Positions 25,644 through 37,864 of a stretch of DNA of 47,715 nucleotides are shown here, in pieces. A program made the position numbers and the translations under genes. Every line of letters starts with the position of its first letter. Position 1 is the first letter of the stretch. The stretch is from Pelomyxa schiedti (Eukaryota > Protista > Evosea). The stretch lies in NCBI GenBank assembly GCA_020536535.1, contig JAHLWZ010000918.1, positions 1-47,715 on the forward strand, written 5' to 3'. Under the pieces are notes generated by a model. The model did no database searches, was not told where the DNA came from, and was given only the letters and a program-made list of their open reading frames with translations.

Positions 25644-26986
25644 TTAGGTCTTTTGGGGATCAGACGTGTGAAGGAGTACATCAACAACAGCCCCGGCATA
25701 ACCTAGAGGCAAGTTAATAAGGCTAGGGAGAGTATGGTAAACCGTTGTAGCTCTCCATCAATGAAGCGTTCATTTCCTTGTCTTTGAAGCCCATTTCCTT
25801 CATATGTTTAGTGCCGTTAACCTTTGATCAAGCCGGGAACCTCTAGTTGATTCAATATTGTTGGGTCATCTGGGTCAAACTAGGATTTACGTTAGACAGT
25901 TATTGATTGAATAGAGTTGTTACTTTCTCAACAGAACCAAGCATAGATCGTAGTTCAAGAGATACTTGACGAGGTTACACAAATTTGGTTTTAGCACGGA
26001 ATACTACCTTTGGTTAGCAACGACGGCTTGCGGGAACGAGAATTTCTTGCCGATGACGGGGATTGGGTCACTGTACTGGACTTGTTATTGATTTCGACAA
26101 TCGTAACCTCGTTGTCATCTATTGCGGAACAGCTGTCAGCGTGAGGGTCAATCTCTACTGCAGTTCCCGGTTGCGTATTGGAGCTTTGTTCAGTACTTGC
26201 AGGCAGTGTGGTGGCAATTGGCTCAGAAATGGCAGTCGATGTTGGAGTAGTGAGACTTAGCTCCGAAACGGGAGTTGGTTCGGTTGTGACGGGGCACTCT
26301 GAAACTGATGTGGCGAGAGGTTCTGGTACTGAAGTGATGGGCGTTGAAGACACAGATGTACTGGACTCACATGGTTCCTCAGTAGAAGCTCCCAAGGTAA
26401 GAGGGGCCAAAGGAGGTGGGGAATCGATTTCGGTTGCTGGAAGTTGCGTTACAGAAGCATCGACAGGAAGAACTGTTGGGTCACTGGCAGGGGTTGATGT
26501 ATGATCGGGTTCATCAGCGGTACTCGGTGCTGGTAGAAGGGGTGGCTGTATTGGAGTTTCAACAAGAGGAGGGGAATTGGGTGCACTGGGCGCGGAGTCA
26601 ACAGATGCACTCAGCCTATCACTGTTAAAGAATTGCGATTGAAGGAGTTAGTTAGTGTACTGAGATACTGGACAAAGAAATTCTGAACACGAGAGAGCCT
26701 CCGAGAGAATTGTTTCATCGAAGTCCGTTGTGGTAGGAGACACATGTTGTTGGTGCTCAGCGTCCCTATTAATCATTCCTAACTAGAAGGAACGTAACCA
26801 ATGGCACGTTAATGTCAAGAAAAGTCCTCACAATATAATCTTCGATAACGGCTAGTCGATAGTGAATAGAACCCATTCCTTTGGACAATTTCTGGTAGAA
26901 AATTAAATGTGTATTATTTTACGTGCACATACATCGAGCCTTTCAATAACTTCTTTTAAAGAGGGCTCAGAATTGACTTTATCCAT
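25644..26986 (-). CDS. Hypothetical protein with a Ser/Thr/Pro-rich middle and C-terminal UBA-like domain (start tentative)
   Basis: C-terminal FDPDDPTILNQLE|..KEMGFKDKEMNASLMESYN|GYAGAVVDVLL carries the UBA MGF motif; exon ORF 25991-26410. Confidence 0.6.
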
Positions 26987-27204
26987 TCCCACTTTGTCAG
27001 TACGTAGTAGTGTTGCACGTGCTTGGTATGTGTTGCTGTTATGATTTCTTTACAATATATGATATGTGCACAGAGATCTCCCACATATGAAATAATTGAA
27101 TCAATGTGTCAAATGCCACACGTGACACTTCAATTCCCCGGACACCATCACATCTCCGAGTATTTACAGTTACCAGAATCCCTTCGTCAATCAAATCTTG
27201 AACA

Positions 27205-28711
27205 ATGAGTTGCTGGTCGTGGTTGGGGGATGACGGCAAGTGGGTGCAGTACGACAGTGATACAATGGATCTTTTAGATCGCGCGTATAGAGTGTGTGAC
27301 AAGTGATGCTGCTGTTTGCGGGGACTGTCTTTAAATTTATGGTTGCGCTGCTTACCCCTGTGTAGAAATCAAAGAAGAAGTGCCGAATAAGTGATACTCA
27401 TTCAGTCAACTTGCGTAAAATGGTTCAGTACAGGCGCCACGACAAGTCGAGGTGCCGTGATGTCAAAAGAGAAGGTTCTTCCTTTTTCTATCCCCTAAGT
27501 TTTGATTGCACGTGTAGACTCTCGGAAGGTTGAACTTGCACTGCACTATTGGTAATTAACACCAGTTTCACAGAGGGCGCCAGATGATCCTGCCACCTGG
27601 GCTGAGGCTTCAAAGAAGCCGAGAGTGTACAGCTCTTAATCACCTACCGTCAATTCAATGAGTTTACAGAGACCATGCTCCATCTCAGGGAAGTAGTACA
27701 GAGCAGACTGCCCCACAAACGCCAGAACCAAAACCAGCACCAGCACCAACACCAACCCAAACGCCACCGCCGATGCTGACGCCAGCACCACCAGCGCAAA
27801 CACCACAAGTTATACACCCCCAAGTAGGTAACGTTCCACTCAATAGCCCTGTGCTTCAACCCCAGTTGGCACCGCAACAAATTCTAGTTCCACAATCACC
27901 ATCGGCTTTACTTTCTGCTGCCGCAAGGCCAGCTGACAGAGTTGTTGGTCGCATTTCTAAAAACGCAGTTCGTTTGCACAAAGATCTCATGAATATGCTT
28001 CCAGAACCCAATTCTCCAAAGGTTACGGTATTCAGTGTGCACAACCTCTCATATTTCTTAGATGTGGGAAGCATCACTTATCAATGACGATTTATCACAT
28101 TGGGAAGTGAAGCTATTTGAGTTTGACCCTAACTCTAGACTTTTTAAAGACATGAAAAAGTTTTCTGTGGTAATTGCCTTCACCTATTCATGCACCCAAC
28201 AAGGTCCAGGATCACATTACGCTTTGGTTCAAATTCCCTGAGGCCTATCCTGTTGACTTCCTTTATACACAATTACAATCTCAATTCTCATAGGTGGAGC
28301 CGCCATTTGTCATGATTAGGAAGCCCCGTGTCGGTGGTGGTTCGGTTTGTTGTTTAAGAAATCTAAGTGACCTCACTTATCTTTAGATTTTCAATGGTGG
28401 TCTATGTGTAGATATTCTAATGCAAAATTGGTCTCCTGCCTTGCGCCCTTCTGCTGTCACACTTCAAATTCGTCAGGTAATTCCACCAGCCTAAGTTCAC
28501 TTATTAGAACTTCTTAACCCTTCTAATAATAACACTTTGCAGCTTCTAATGGAAGGTGATGCCGGTATCACAGGCCCTAGGTCTCTGGGAGAGTATTCTG
28601 AAGGTGAAGCTAGGTCTGGCTTTGACATGGCAAAGGTACCTCCATTGTAGTCTTCCCCACCTAACATTGCTAAAGCGTGCTCACAAAAATGACAAAAACT
28701 TTTCTTCATGA
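27205..28711 (+). CDS. WWE domain fused to a UBE2Q-like ubiquitin-conjugating (E2) domain (multi-exon)
   Basis: N-term WSWLGDDGKWVQYDSDTMDLLDRAY..SVNLRKMVQY..RDVKR (WWE); C-term RLHKDL..DDLSHWEVKLFEFDPNSRLFKDM..KFPEAYP|VEPPFV..GGLCVDIL..NWSPA. Confidence 0.85.
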
Positions 28712-28727
28712 AATAAAAGTCCTTTTC

Positions 28728-30999
28728 TTACATCCTTGACCCCAAAAGTACTATCATCAAACAACACTCTTCACCAGAGCGATTGTCACTTGGTGTGCTA
28801 CTGACATTAACAGTGTTACTTTTATTTGGATCAAAGAATACCGCCACCAGAGACGGTTCTGTTTTGTTTTTGTGTCAGTATCTCTATGTTGCACTCAATT
28901 GTTCCTACCTTGTTTCATGACTTGCAGGAACTCAGTTTCACTTATTTTTTCGTCCCTGTTTGTATCCAGGCACAAGAAAAGCTTGTCAATGTATTCATCC
29001 AGAGTCCTTATTGGTACGTCAAATGAAAAGGGTGCCTATGATACAAAAGCACAAGTACATTGGGTGCTTCTTCTTTATGAGCTTGAATAGACCACCCTCA
29101 CCAAGGACGTGCTTCAATTCCTCTTTTGTAATGTCACCAGATTGGTCCTATGTGTTGTGAAAGTTGTAGGTGGCACCCAGGGCAGATATGATGAACTCGT
29201 ACCAAGTCGAATACTGTGAATATGAAGTGCAACTTGTCAGTCACAGACCCCTTGAGCATTATTGATAGCCCGACCATCATCTCCCTGAAGTCAATGTCTG
29301 CGTGTACAGTGAATCAATAGAATTTAGTTGTGACGACACTTTTCTTAAGGGATTTATAATAGTAGTTAATTAGTAGTAGAATGCAGGTGCGTACAGTTGT
29401 TTCCGTCGCTGTCAAATACATCGAATACAGTCTGAAGAACTTCCTTATTTCCGCTCCAGTGTGGCGCCGCCTTGTGCACAAGTGCACAGAATGTTTCAAA
29501 GTTGAGGAGATTCGACGGGGCAGCCTGCTGCCTGGCTGAAGACGATGATGAAGAGGAGGGAGAAGAATCCAACGAAGTGGACGCGGCCGCGAACTGGCTG
29601 CGGAGCATGCGCAGCTCCTGTTCGGTGAAGTGCGTGGCTTTGGCCAGCGCGGCCATTTGCCTTCCCGACAGTTGCATTTGGGTGTCGGCAACTACTGCGT
29701 TGCGGGTTTCGTAAAGCATCGAGGACAGAGTGCTGGTGCTGATTTTCAGAGTCAACTTGTCAACCTATGTTGGGAAGGATATGCATTGAGTTTATGTGTG
29801 AGGATAGTCACGCTTTGGTTGTATGGATGGATGGATGAATGAATAGAGGGAATGTACTTCGCGGAAGAAAGCTGGCAGGTCTGATATGGCTAGAGTGTGG
29901 GGAAGAGCGTGGCACAGTTCAACGCACTTGTGGGCGGAGGAGGCATCAAGGCCTTCGAGTCCCGCACGGTGCAATAGTGCGATGCAAGTAGCATAGATGG
30001 GCGTAACATTGCCTGCGGTGATGAGGCGGTCCCACAGGTTCCACAATATACTGCCGGAGAACTGATGGGCAAAGCAGCATAGAACCCAGCTTGTAGTGAT
30101 TAGGCTGTGATGTATTTTGCAGGTGTCTAAGGCCGTGAGAACAGACGGTAGGTGTTGCTGGAGCATTTTTTCTAGAACTCCTTGTGCAACAAGAAGGCCT
30201 GCAGGATTTTAGAAGAAAAGTACTTCCAGGCACTTCAACCAATCATATGGTCACTGTAGCATTCAAGGCCAATTATATTTGCAACTCGATCAAAAAGCCA
30301 AAAAGCGCATTCTTCCGCGCGCTCATCGATGATAGGAAGAAAGCAACCACACCCGAGTAGGGCTGTTGCTGCAATATCATTCAAGGATTGAGTATAACCA
30401 ACTTGGAAGGGGTGAGAAAATTATGGAGAAAATCGGGGAGAACTGTCAGGGTGCAGAGCTGCGAAAGCTACAAGCAAGTTGCGGAGTAATACATGCGCAC
30501 GGCCAGAGCCACTGAAAAAAGAGCACTCTAATGAGCCAAACAATTAGGAATAAAATAACAGCCCGGATAGAACCCGTGAATGTGCGAGGTAAGTCCAACC
30601 CAATTTGAGTCAGGATTGTCTCAGGAACCTTAATAACAACAAAAGGAAGGGTAAAAAGAAATAAAGCAAATCAAATGCCCAAAACAGCTCAGCAAACGGC
30701 AATCGCACCTGCTTGGATTTCAGCGCTTGGTAGGACACGTTTGACACGGCGTTGAGATCGATTATGGGTTGCGCCACGAACCTCCACGCAATAGCGCGTT
30801 CGTTGGCCAGCTTCGCGGTTGGCCACGAGCCCCGGTTGCGGTCGCCCACGGCCACCCCGTATGCGTCGCGCCCAAACAACTCGTCGCGGTCCGCTGACGT
30901 CATCACGTTGCTGACGTCACTGGTGGAATCAACTGCTTGCGTGGGAGGCGTGCACTTGGTGGCGCTCGTTGCCTGCGTGCCCGTTGGTGCCCCGGACAT
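28728..30999 (-). CDS. TBC-domain Rab GAP with C-terminal EF-hands (multi-exon)
   Basis: QIGLDLPRTF (IxxDxxR), GYTQSLN (YxQ), AFWL, SWVLCCF..LWD; EF-hands FDVFDSDGN..IDFREMMVGLS and DQSGDITKEEL. Confidence 0.88.
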
Positions 31000-31337
31000 A
31001 ATACCGAACCGAATTAATATTAATTCGATTTTCTCACAGTTCAAAGAAAAGGGGACTGCATTGGCCTTCATCTGGTTCCAAGTTCTCTGTCGTTGCATAT
31101 TGCTCTCAGAGGTGTGCCTCAAACTACACTCTCAGTCTGGTGTGTGGGACACGCACCCGAAAAGTGATGTCGTCGTTTTCCGCAAAGGGAATTTCTGACA
31201 AAAAATAAGAAAAAAAACCAAAAAACCAAAAAGCGGGTGAGTTGTGGTAGCGGTGGTTGTGTGCGTGCTGCGACAAACAACGACAACGACAATCTACGTT
31301 TTGATTACGTTCTTATGCGGTAATTAGGGGCGGGGCC

Positions 31338-34018
31338 ATGTCGGACTCTGATGACTCGTTCGAACCGGACTTTCCTGAAGATGAGGCGCCACCATCAGCA
31401 ACAGCAGCAACAACAACAACAACGTCACCATCCGAAGACGGCGTACGCATTACATCACCCTCCCCCTGCTTTTCTTTTCTTTTGCCTTGTTTTCTTGCCT
31501 CTATTCTTACCTTTTCCTTCCCTCCCTTTCCTTTTCCTTTTTCCCCTCTCCCTTTTTCTCTCAGATCGTGAAATTCATATGGGACGGGTGTGAATACCGA
31601 TGCCCTGTGTATATGCAACAGGGCTGTGCCGCAGGAGCATCAACATGGGACCAGATTGAGGTCTCATACAGGACGCAATTGGTTGAGCTTCAGAAAAAAA
31701 CCAAGAGCTTCGCAAAGAAATCCGAGCGCGATGAGGATGATTCCCCAAGGATCGCTGGTGAAGAACCTGAACATGGTGGTACGTGAACAATGTGGTACAA
31801 TCTTCTGCTTACTGTGGAACAGGATGGGCCAAAGGCACGGGTTACGGTTCTGATTATTCCTCTGAGAATAGCCGGGTACCTGTGATGCGTAACGTTGTTT
31901 TCCCTCATTTTTCCTTAGTTTGATATGAATGCCTATTTGGCTGCTAAAAAAGAAGAAGATGAACTGGCTGAAACTTTCCTTACTAGTACTACTCTTGTAC
32001 CTTCTATTGTATTTCAGAACTTTTTACACTTAACAGAGCTTATAAGTGCCTTTGACCAACCAGACGAGGTTCCGTATAACATGATTGAGAGGACTTCTAT
32101 GCTGTCTATTCTGTACTCCTACTTGATGAACGATTCCCTTCTCGACATGTCTATGTAGGTGCCCCAGACTGTGAGTCCTACTTAAAATTGTACAGGCATC
32201 CGGGTCTCTATGCCTCTCTATTTCAGATTTGCCAAATACTTGCATCACGTGAAGAGCTCTTCCCTCTTCTATTTTGTGCCACACAAGTACTTTGACCATA
32301 CCGTTTCTTTTTCCTTATTCGATCAAAGACACAGAAGCCCTTATTCTCTCTTCTAAAGAAGCAAAATGACATTGCAACTAAGACAATGAAACTTGCCCAC
32401 AACACGACTGAGGATGAGGGTGACGCTGCCATAACAAAGGTATGGCTACAAGTCACTTTGACTTCCATAACACTTGGAAGATTATGAAAGGCATAACAGA
32501 GTCTTACGAATCGGCCTATGCCAGACTTGCCAGCCTAACAGGGACCCCTGTATCTAAACCCAAGACATCAACCGATACAACAACCGATACAGCATCATCA
32601 TCAGCGTCAACCACAACCACAACGAGCACCACAACCTCATCAAGTACCACAAGTTCTGAATCCCAAGGTGGGGACTGGATAGATCCCAGTTTCTATAACA
32701 GCCAGTTGGAGCCATTTATGTTCGATGTGAGTATATTTGTAGTCTTTTATTGATTTGACAATTGAGTAGATGACTACAATGGAAATATCCAGCCACCATT
32801 ACAACAGGTTGTCTTTCGTTCCCCTTGCAATTTGCTTATGACGCACAGTGAGATTCAGAGCAGTGGTTCCGCTTCTAAAATTAAAGCTCTGCGGATAGCA
32901 CAGGAGCAAGCAACGTACTGAACGCCCGTTCCTTTTTTGTGCTAATGACGTCTCTCAGACTAGCTACCTGTCTTCCCATCAACAGTGATTCGAGTATTTT
33001 TGTTCGTGTCGACTCGGATCACATGGACGTTTTAAGAGCACTTATCACGGGTAATTTGTTATAAGAAAAAAGCCATTGTTCATGCCGGACTAGGACCAAT
33101 GGCATCAGACTATGGAAGAGATAGCACCCCTTATGCCGGTGGTGCCTTCATGTTCGACATCTTCATTGTACTCGACCTTCTCTTTCTTTTCTTCTTTTTA
33201 AACTTGTTATCATTTATAGCCTTCAAATTATCCCAGTGGCCCACCACATGTAAATCTTCAGACAACCGGAGGAGGAACAGTACGTTTCAATCCAAACTTG
33301 TACGAATGTGGCAAAGGTATACCGTTAATTTACTTTCCCATTTTTTTTTAAAAAACCCCAGTCTGTTTGTCACTTCTCGGAACTTGGGATGGTGATGAGG
33401 TACTATTGTATTCCTTTACGTTTTCTAAGCACACACAAGGGAGAGAACTGGAATTCGGAAACTAGTACTCTTCTTCAAGTTTTGATATCTATCCAGAGTT
33501 TGATTTTTATTCCGCAACCCTACTTTAATGAACCCGGCTATGAATCTGAAATGGGTTTCGCTCCTGTGTAGTAAAGAAACTTCCTAACCTTCTTTTCTCC
33601 GCCCTCAGGCACTTCAAATGGTGACCAAAACAGCCGAAACTACAACGAGGTAACACATTAATATCTTCATACGCTCTTTTTACAATTGTTTCAGAGAATA
33701 CGTGAAGGCACACTAAAACACGCTATACTCGGACAGCTTCAACACCCGTCCCCCGGCTTCGAGGTCTTTCCCTTTCCTTTTTATAGCATTTCCATTTCCT
33801 TATCCCGCGAATTCCCGCACTGACACTGATGCCAGGATGTGATCAAAATGCACTTCTACATGGAACAGCACCGCATTGTTGAACAAGTGCGGAGATGGAT
33901 ACAAGAGGCCAACAAATTCAACAACTCCAGCCACGCATCACGGCTACAGAGCGACCTCGACACCCTCACCCCGCTACTCAAGGCCCTTTCCTATCCTTAT
34001 GGCACCCTCAAACCCTGA
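31338..34018 (+). CDS. BIRC6/BRUCE-type ubiquitin-conjugating enzyme (UBC domain, no BIR seen) (multi-exon)
   Basis: [68 protein letters not shown]|[29 protein letters not shown]. Confidence 0.92.
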
Positions 34019-34217
34019 ACTGAGGGGCCAAATAGAACTTGGCATAGGGTTTTTGGAAAAAAAGCCAAACGGCTAAAAACCTAAACATCGCCGGTAGATC
34101 GCGCTTCGATGTTTTCCCCGGCTTTTCCAAATCAATCAAACAAACAGACAAAAAAAAAAAAAACAGATCTTCAGTTTGTGACCGTCGTTTGGTTGGGCGT
34201 GTGTCGGCTTTCCGGAA

Positions 34218-37200
34218 ATGACGACCATACTGCGTAAGATGGTGTCCAAGCAGAAGAGGAGGTTCGAGGGAGGTGGTTTTGACCTCGACCTGAGCTACAT
34301 TGAGTCTAGAATAATAGGTGCATTTCCCTCCATCCTGAATGCTGGAGTTTTGTTCTTTCGTTTCTTGACAATCAAAAGCGATGGGCTACCCGAGTGAGTC
34401 AATAGAGGGGTTGTACAGGAACAAAATGTCTGATGTGCAAAGGTTTGTCATGATTGATCTCTTTTTTTTTTCCCCTTAAAACCAAAAGATTCTTGGATTC
34501 ACGTATGTACCCTGTAAGAGATTACCTTTCCTGATCCCAAAATTGAACAGTTCACGATAACCACTACAAAGTGTACAACTTGTATGACACACTTTTTCCC
34601 TTTTTTCGAAAAATTAATGTTGGGTGAAGATGTGCAGAGAGGAAATATGACCACGCAAAGTTTCACAACAGAGGTCTTTTATTTTAGAATTATGAGGGCC
34701 TTCGGAATAACTTCCTTAGTCGCGGAGTTCCCCTATTCTGACCACACTTCTCCCCCTCTCGCTTTGACTCTAGCTTTTTGCTTGGATGCTGTATGCACAA
34801 TACTACTTACTTTACCCTCAATCTCTTCAGGAGAAATTCCTTGATTCGGACCCCTCCAATGTTATTGTAGTCCATTGCAAGGTAAATTGGAATCTCCGTA
34901 TCCTCTCTTACCTCTTTTTTCATTAGGCTGGAAAGGTAATTGGTGGAGTGTCTCCAAAGCTGCTAACATGAACAGGGTAGGACAGGTACCTTCATTTCTT
35001 GCCTACTACTGTGGCTTCACATGTGCGGTACTGCTTCTGAAGCCATGAGACTGTTTGGAAATAAGAGAACTCTTAACGGCAGGGTAGAACTTCCCTTAGT
35101 TTAAACGCTTAACAATCATACAGGGAATAACTATCCCATCACAAGAGAGAACAGTTAGGTACTTCGAAAAGTTTACAACTGGCCATCGCCTAGGAACGCC
35201 CCCACCGCCTCTTCCCGCGGAGAGGACAGTTGTATTAATGCACATTCTGATGAAAACTATACCTAACATGGATAGAGCAGGAGGATGTGGTATGTAAACA
35301 AATTGCAAAGCCTGGGGTAATTTTTTTTCCCTCAGAGCCCTGGCTTTCCATTTCTCAATGTGGGAAAACTGTTTATTCATCCAAACCATTGGTTGACAGA
35401 CATTACTCCCTTTTGCACTGACGACTAGCAGAGGGTGAAAAAAGGAACTTCCTCTGTGGAGATAGAGTGTGACCACACAATGCTTCTCAATGATATCAAC
35501 ATTCACTTTTTCCACAAAAATTCAAGTGTAAGCCTTTTACACTTCGTTGGTATTATTAACACCCGTAGTGCAAGATGTTCTCACTTTCGTTCCACACGTC
35601 GTTTCTTAAAGAAAACCTTACTTTCCTCAAGGTGTTTTAGCATTTTATTCTAACTCTGTTTTTACTCCTTTTTCAGCACGATTTGGATCGAGCCTGTAAA
35701 GATAAACTTCACAAAACTTTCCCCCCGAATTTTTCTGTATTCTCTTGTTCAATGATCTTTTTTATGCCTGAAGTTCATGAGGTAACTCTGAATTTTTGTG
35801 AATTTTCCCAAAGACCTGTGGAAACAATTACCTGTTTCTTGTGTAAGAAACCTGTCTCACCTCGTGACATGACTGCAAACTGCGAGTATCCAGTCTAAGC
35901 CTCTTTTTTACTTGACTTACTGGAAAAAAGGGACCGAATATGGCACTGGGATTGTGCTTTGTGCATAAAGTGTGGAAAGCATGTGGTAAGAAATGTTCGT
36001 TTGCTGTCTATACTAATACTATGTTAGGGAGATTGCTGTACCTTTACTCCAGACAAGACTCCAATATGCATTTTGTGTGCAGTATCCAACGAGGACACAG
36101 CAGGAACATTTAAGGGATTCTTCACTTTCTGTGAAGGGTGTGGAGAAGTAAGGGTGATGTAGAGCCTGGCGCTGTATTTTATTCTATTAGGTCATTGACT
36201 CAGAGCTGTACGAACAAATTAGTGACGTCAAATGGCACCAATGGTGCTTTAAGTGCAGTGTGTGCTCCAAAGGCCTAGTAGGCGAAGAGGAGTACACTGT
36301 TCTCAGGAAAAAGCTTTTTTGCAAAGATTGTGCCAGTACGGCATCTCATCTCCGCCGCTTGTCTAACACCTATTATTTAGAACCAGTACTTGATCACCCA
36401 AACGATCCCGTTGTCCCTCCTGGTTTTTTCCTCATTTAATCTTGCCCTCCTAAATCTTACAAGAGCCCGTTCCCGAGCCTACGCCTGTCCACGAAGAACC
36501 AAAACCAATACCTCCTCCAGATCCAATACTGCCGCCACCTCCCCCGCTTGACATTCCACCTCCGACGGCAGCCCCTCCGCCACCCACACCTGCCCCTCCC
36601 CCTCCAACGCCGGCCCCTCCTTCGCCCGCGCCTCCACCCCCCACGCCTGCTCCACCCCCGCCGACTCCTGCTCCGCCTCCACCAACACCTGCTCCACCGC
36701 CAATACATACTCCCTCGCCCCAGCCCACACTTCCCACTGTATCATGTGCATCTACAACTACCAGCAGTTGGAGTACCCCAGATCATGGCGCAGCTGCTAA
36801 GAAAGAGTGGCGCAAGTCAGGTGTGCCAGTTTCCGGTGGTGGAAATACAAGACAATCCCGCCTCTCAATCAATGGTATGCCTTACCATATGCCCTCTTAA
36901 GTAAAATCATTTGTAGAATCTCGCATGCGTGCCAACTTGCCAACTTGCTCCGAGTGCACTAAGTTCATTCTCCCCGATCAGGACCATCTTATGGCGCTTG
37001 GTGGTCATTACCACTCCATGTGTTTCTGCTGCGTGAAGTGCAAGCATCCATTCGAAGACACAAAATTCTTCCTTTGGTACTGTCCAACAAAAGTATTCAA
37101 TTTAACCAATATCCTGAAGGAAAGGGAAACCACATTGCCAAACCTGTGAGACAGAGCTCCGCCTTTCTGAACTTCCAAAATGTGGTTTTTGCAAACAGCC

Positions 37201-37740
37201 TATTGTACAAGGACCTTACATCACTGATGCAGCTGTACGTTCTCTCAACTTCCCTCTTTTCACTGACTACTTCGAAAGGGTGGGAAGTACCATAAACAGT
37301 GCTTCCTCTGCGTGTTTTGCGGAAATAGTATCACAGGACCCTACTTCAACAGGGATGGCAAGATTTATTGCCCAGGAGATTTCGAGAGGCTATTTGCCAT
37401 CCCTTGCCGAGCCTGTTCACAGCCAATAACACAGGGTGCCCATGTACAGGCGGTATGAACCAGCCCCGTTTTCTTCTCCAATCTCACTGCTATTTATGGA
37501 CCTGCTCCATTGCGTTTGGATTAGCTGTCCTACACATACCACATGCACTGCTTCTGCTGTTCCTACTGCCAAGAACTCCTAGAAGGAAAGCCCTTCTTCA
37601 ATACCGGAGGTGAGCCCTCATGTGAGAAATGTGCTGTACAAGCGGCACAAGCCGCGGCAGCATCAGCGGCCTCACCCGCAGCCGATCCCTCTGACCCCTC
37701 GTTATCCTCTACTCCCCCTACTGACTCTTCCTCATCCTGA
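34218..37740 (+). CDS. PTEN phosphatase + C2 domain + five LIM domains with a Pro-rich linker (Dictyostelium Lpten-like)
   Basis: VSKQKRRF..FDLDLSYI..AMGYP..GLYRN, HCK|AGK|GRTG, GITIPSQ, DLDRACKDK; five CxxC..HxxCxxCxxC..CxxC LIM repeats. Confidence 0.92.
36530..36720 (+). repeat. Coding 21-nt degenerate repeat (PTPAPPP)n in the LIM-PTEN linker
   Basis: Repeated ccNacNccNgcNccNccNccN units. Confidence 0.8.
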
Positions 37741-37864
37741 ACAACCAACACCAACCAAAAACAAACAATAAGTACTAGTATAACAAACATTTGAAATAAA
37801 TACACCATTTTGGGAGTTTGCAATTTCATTTCTATTTTCCACTATGTAGGTACAGGCATGCCCC

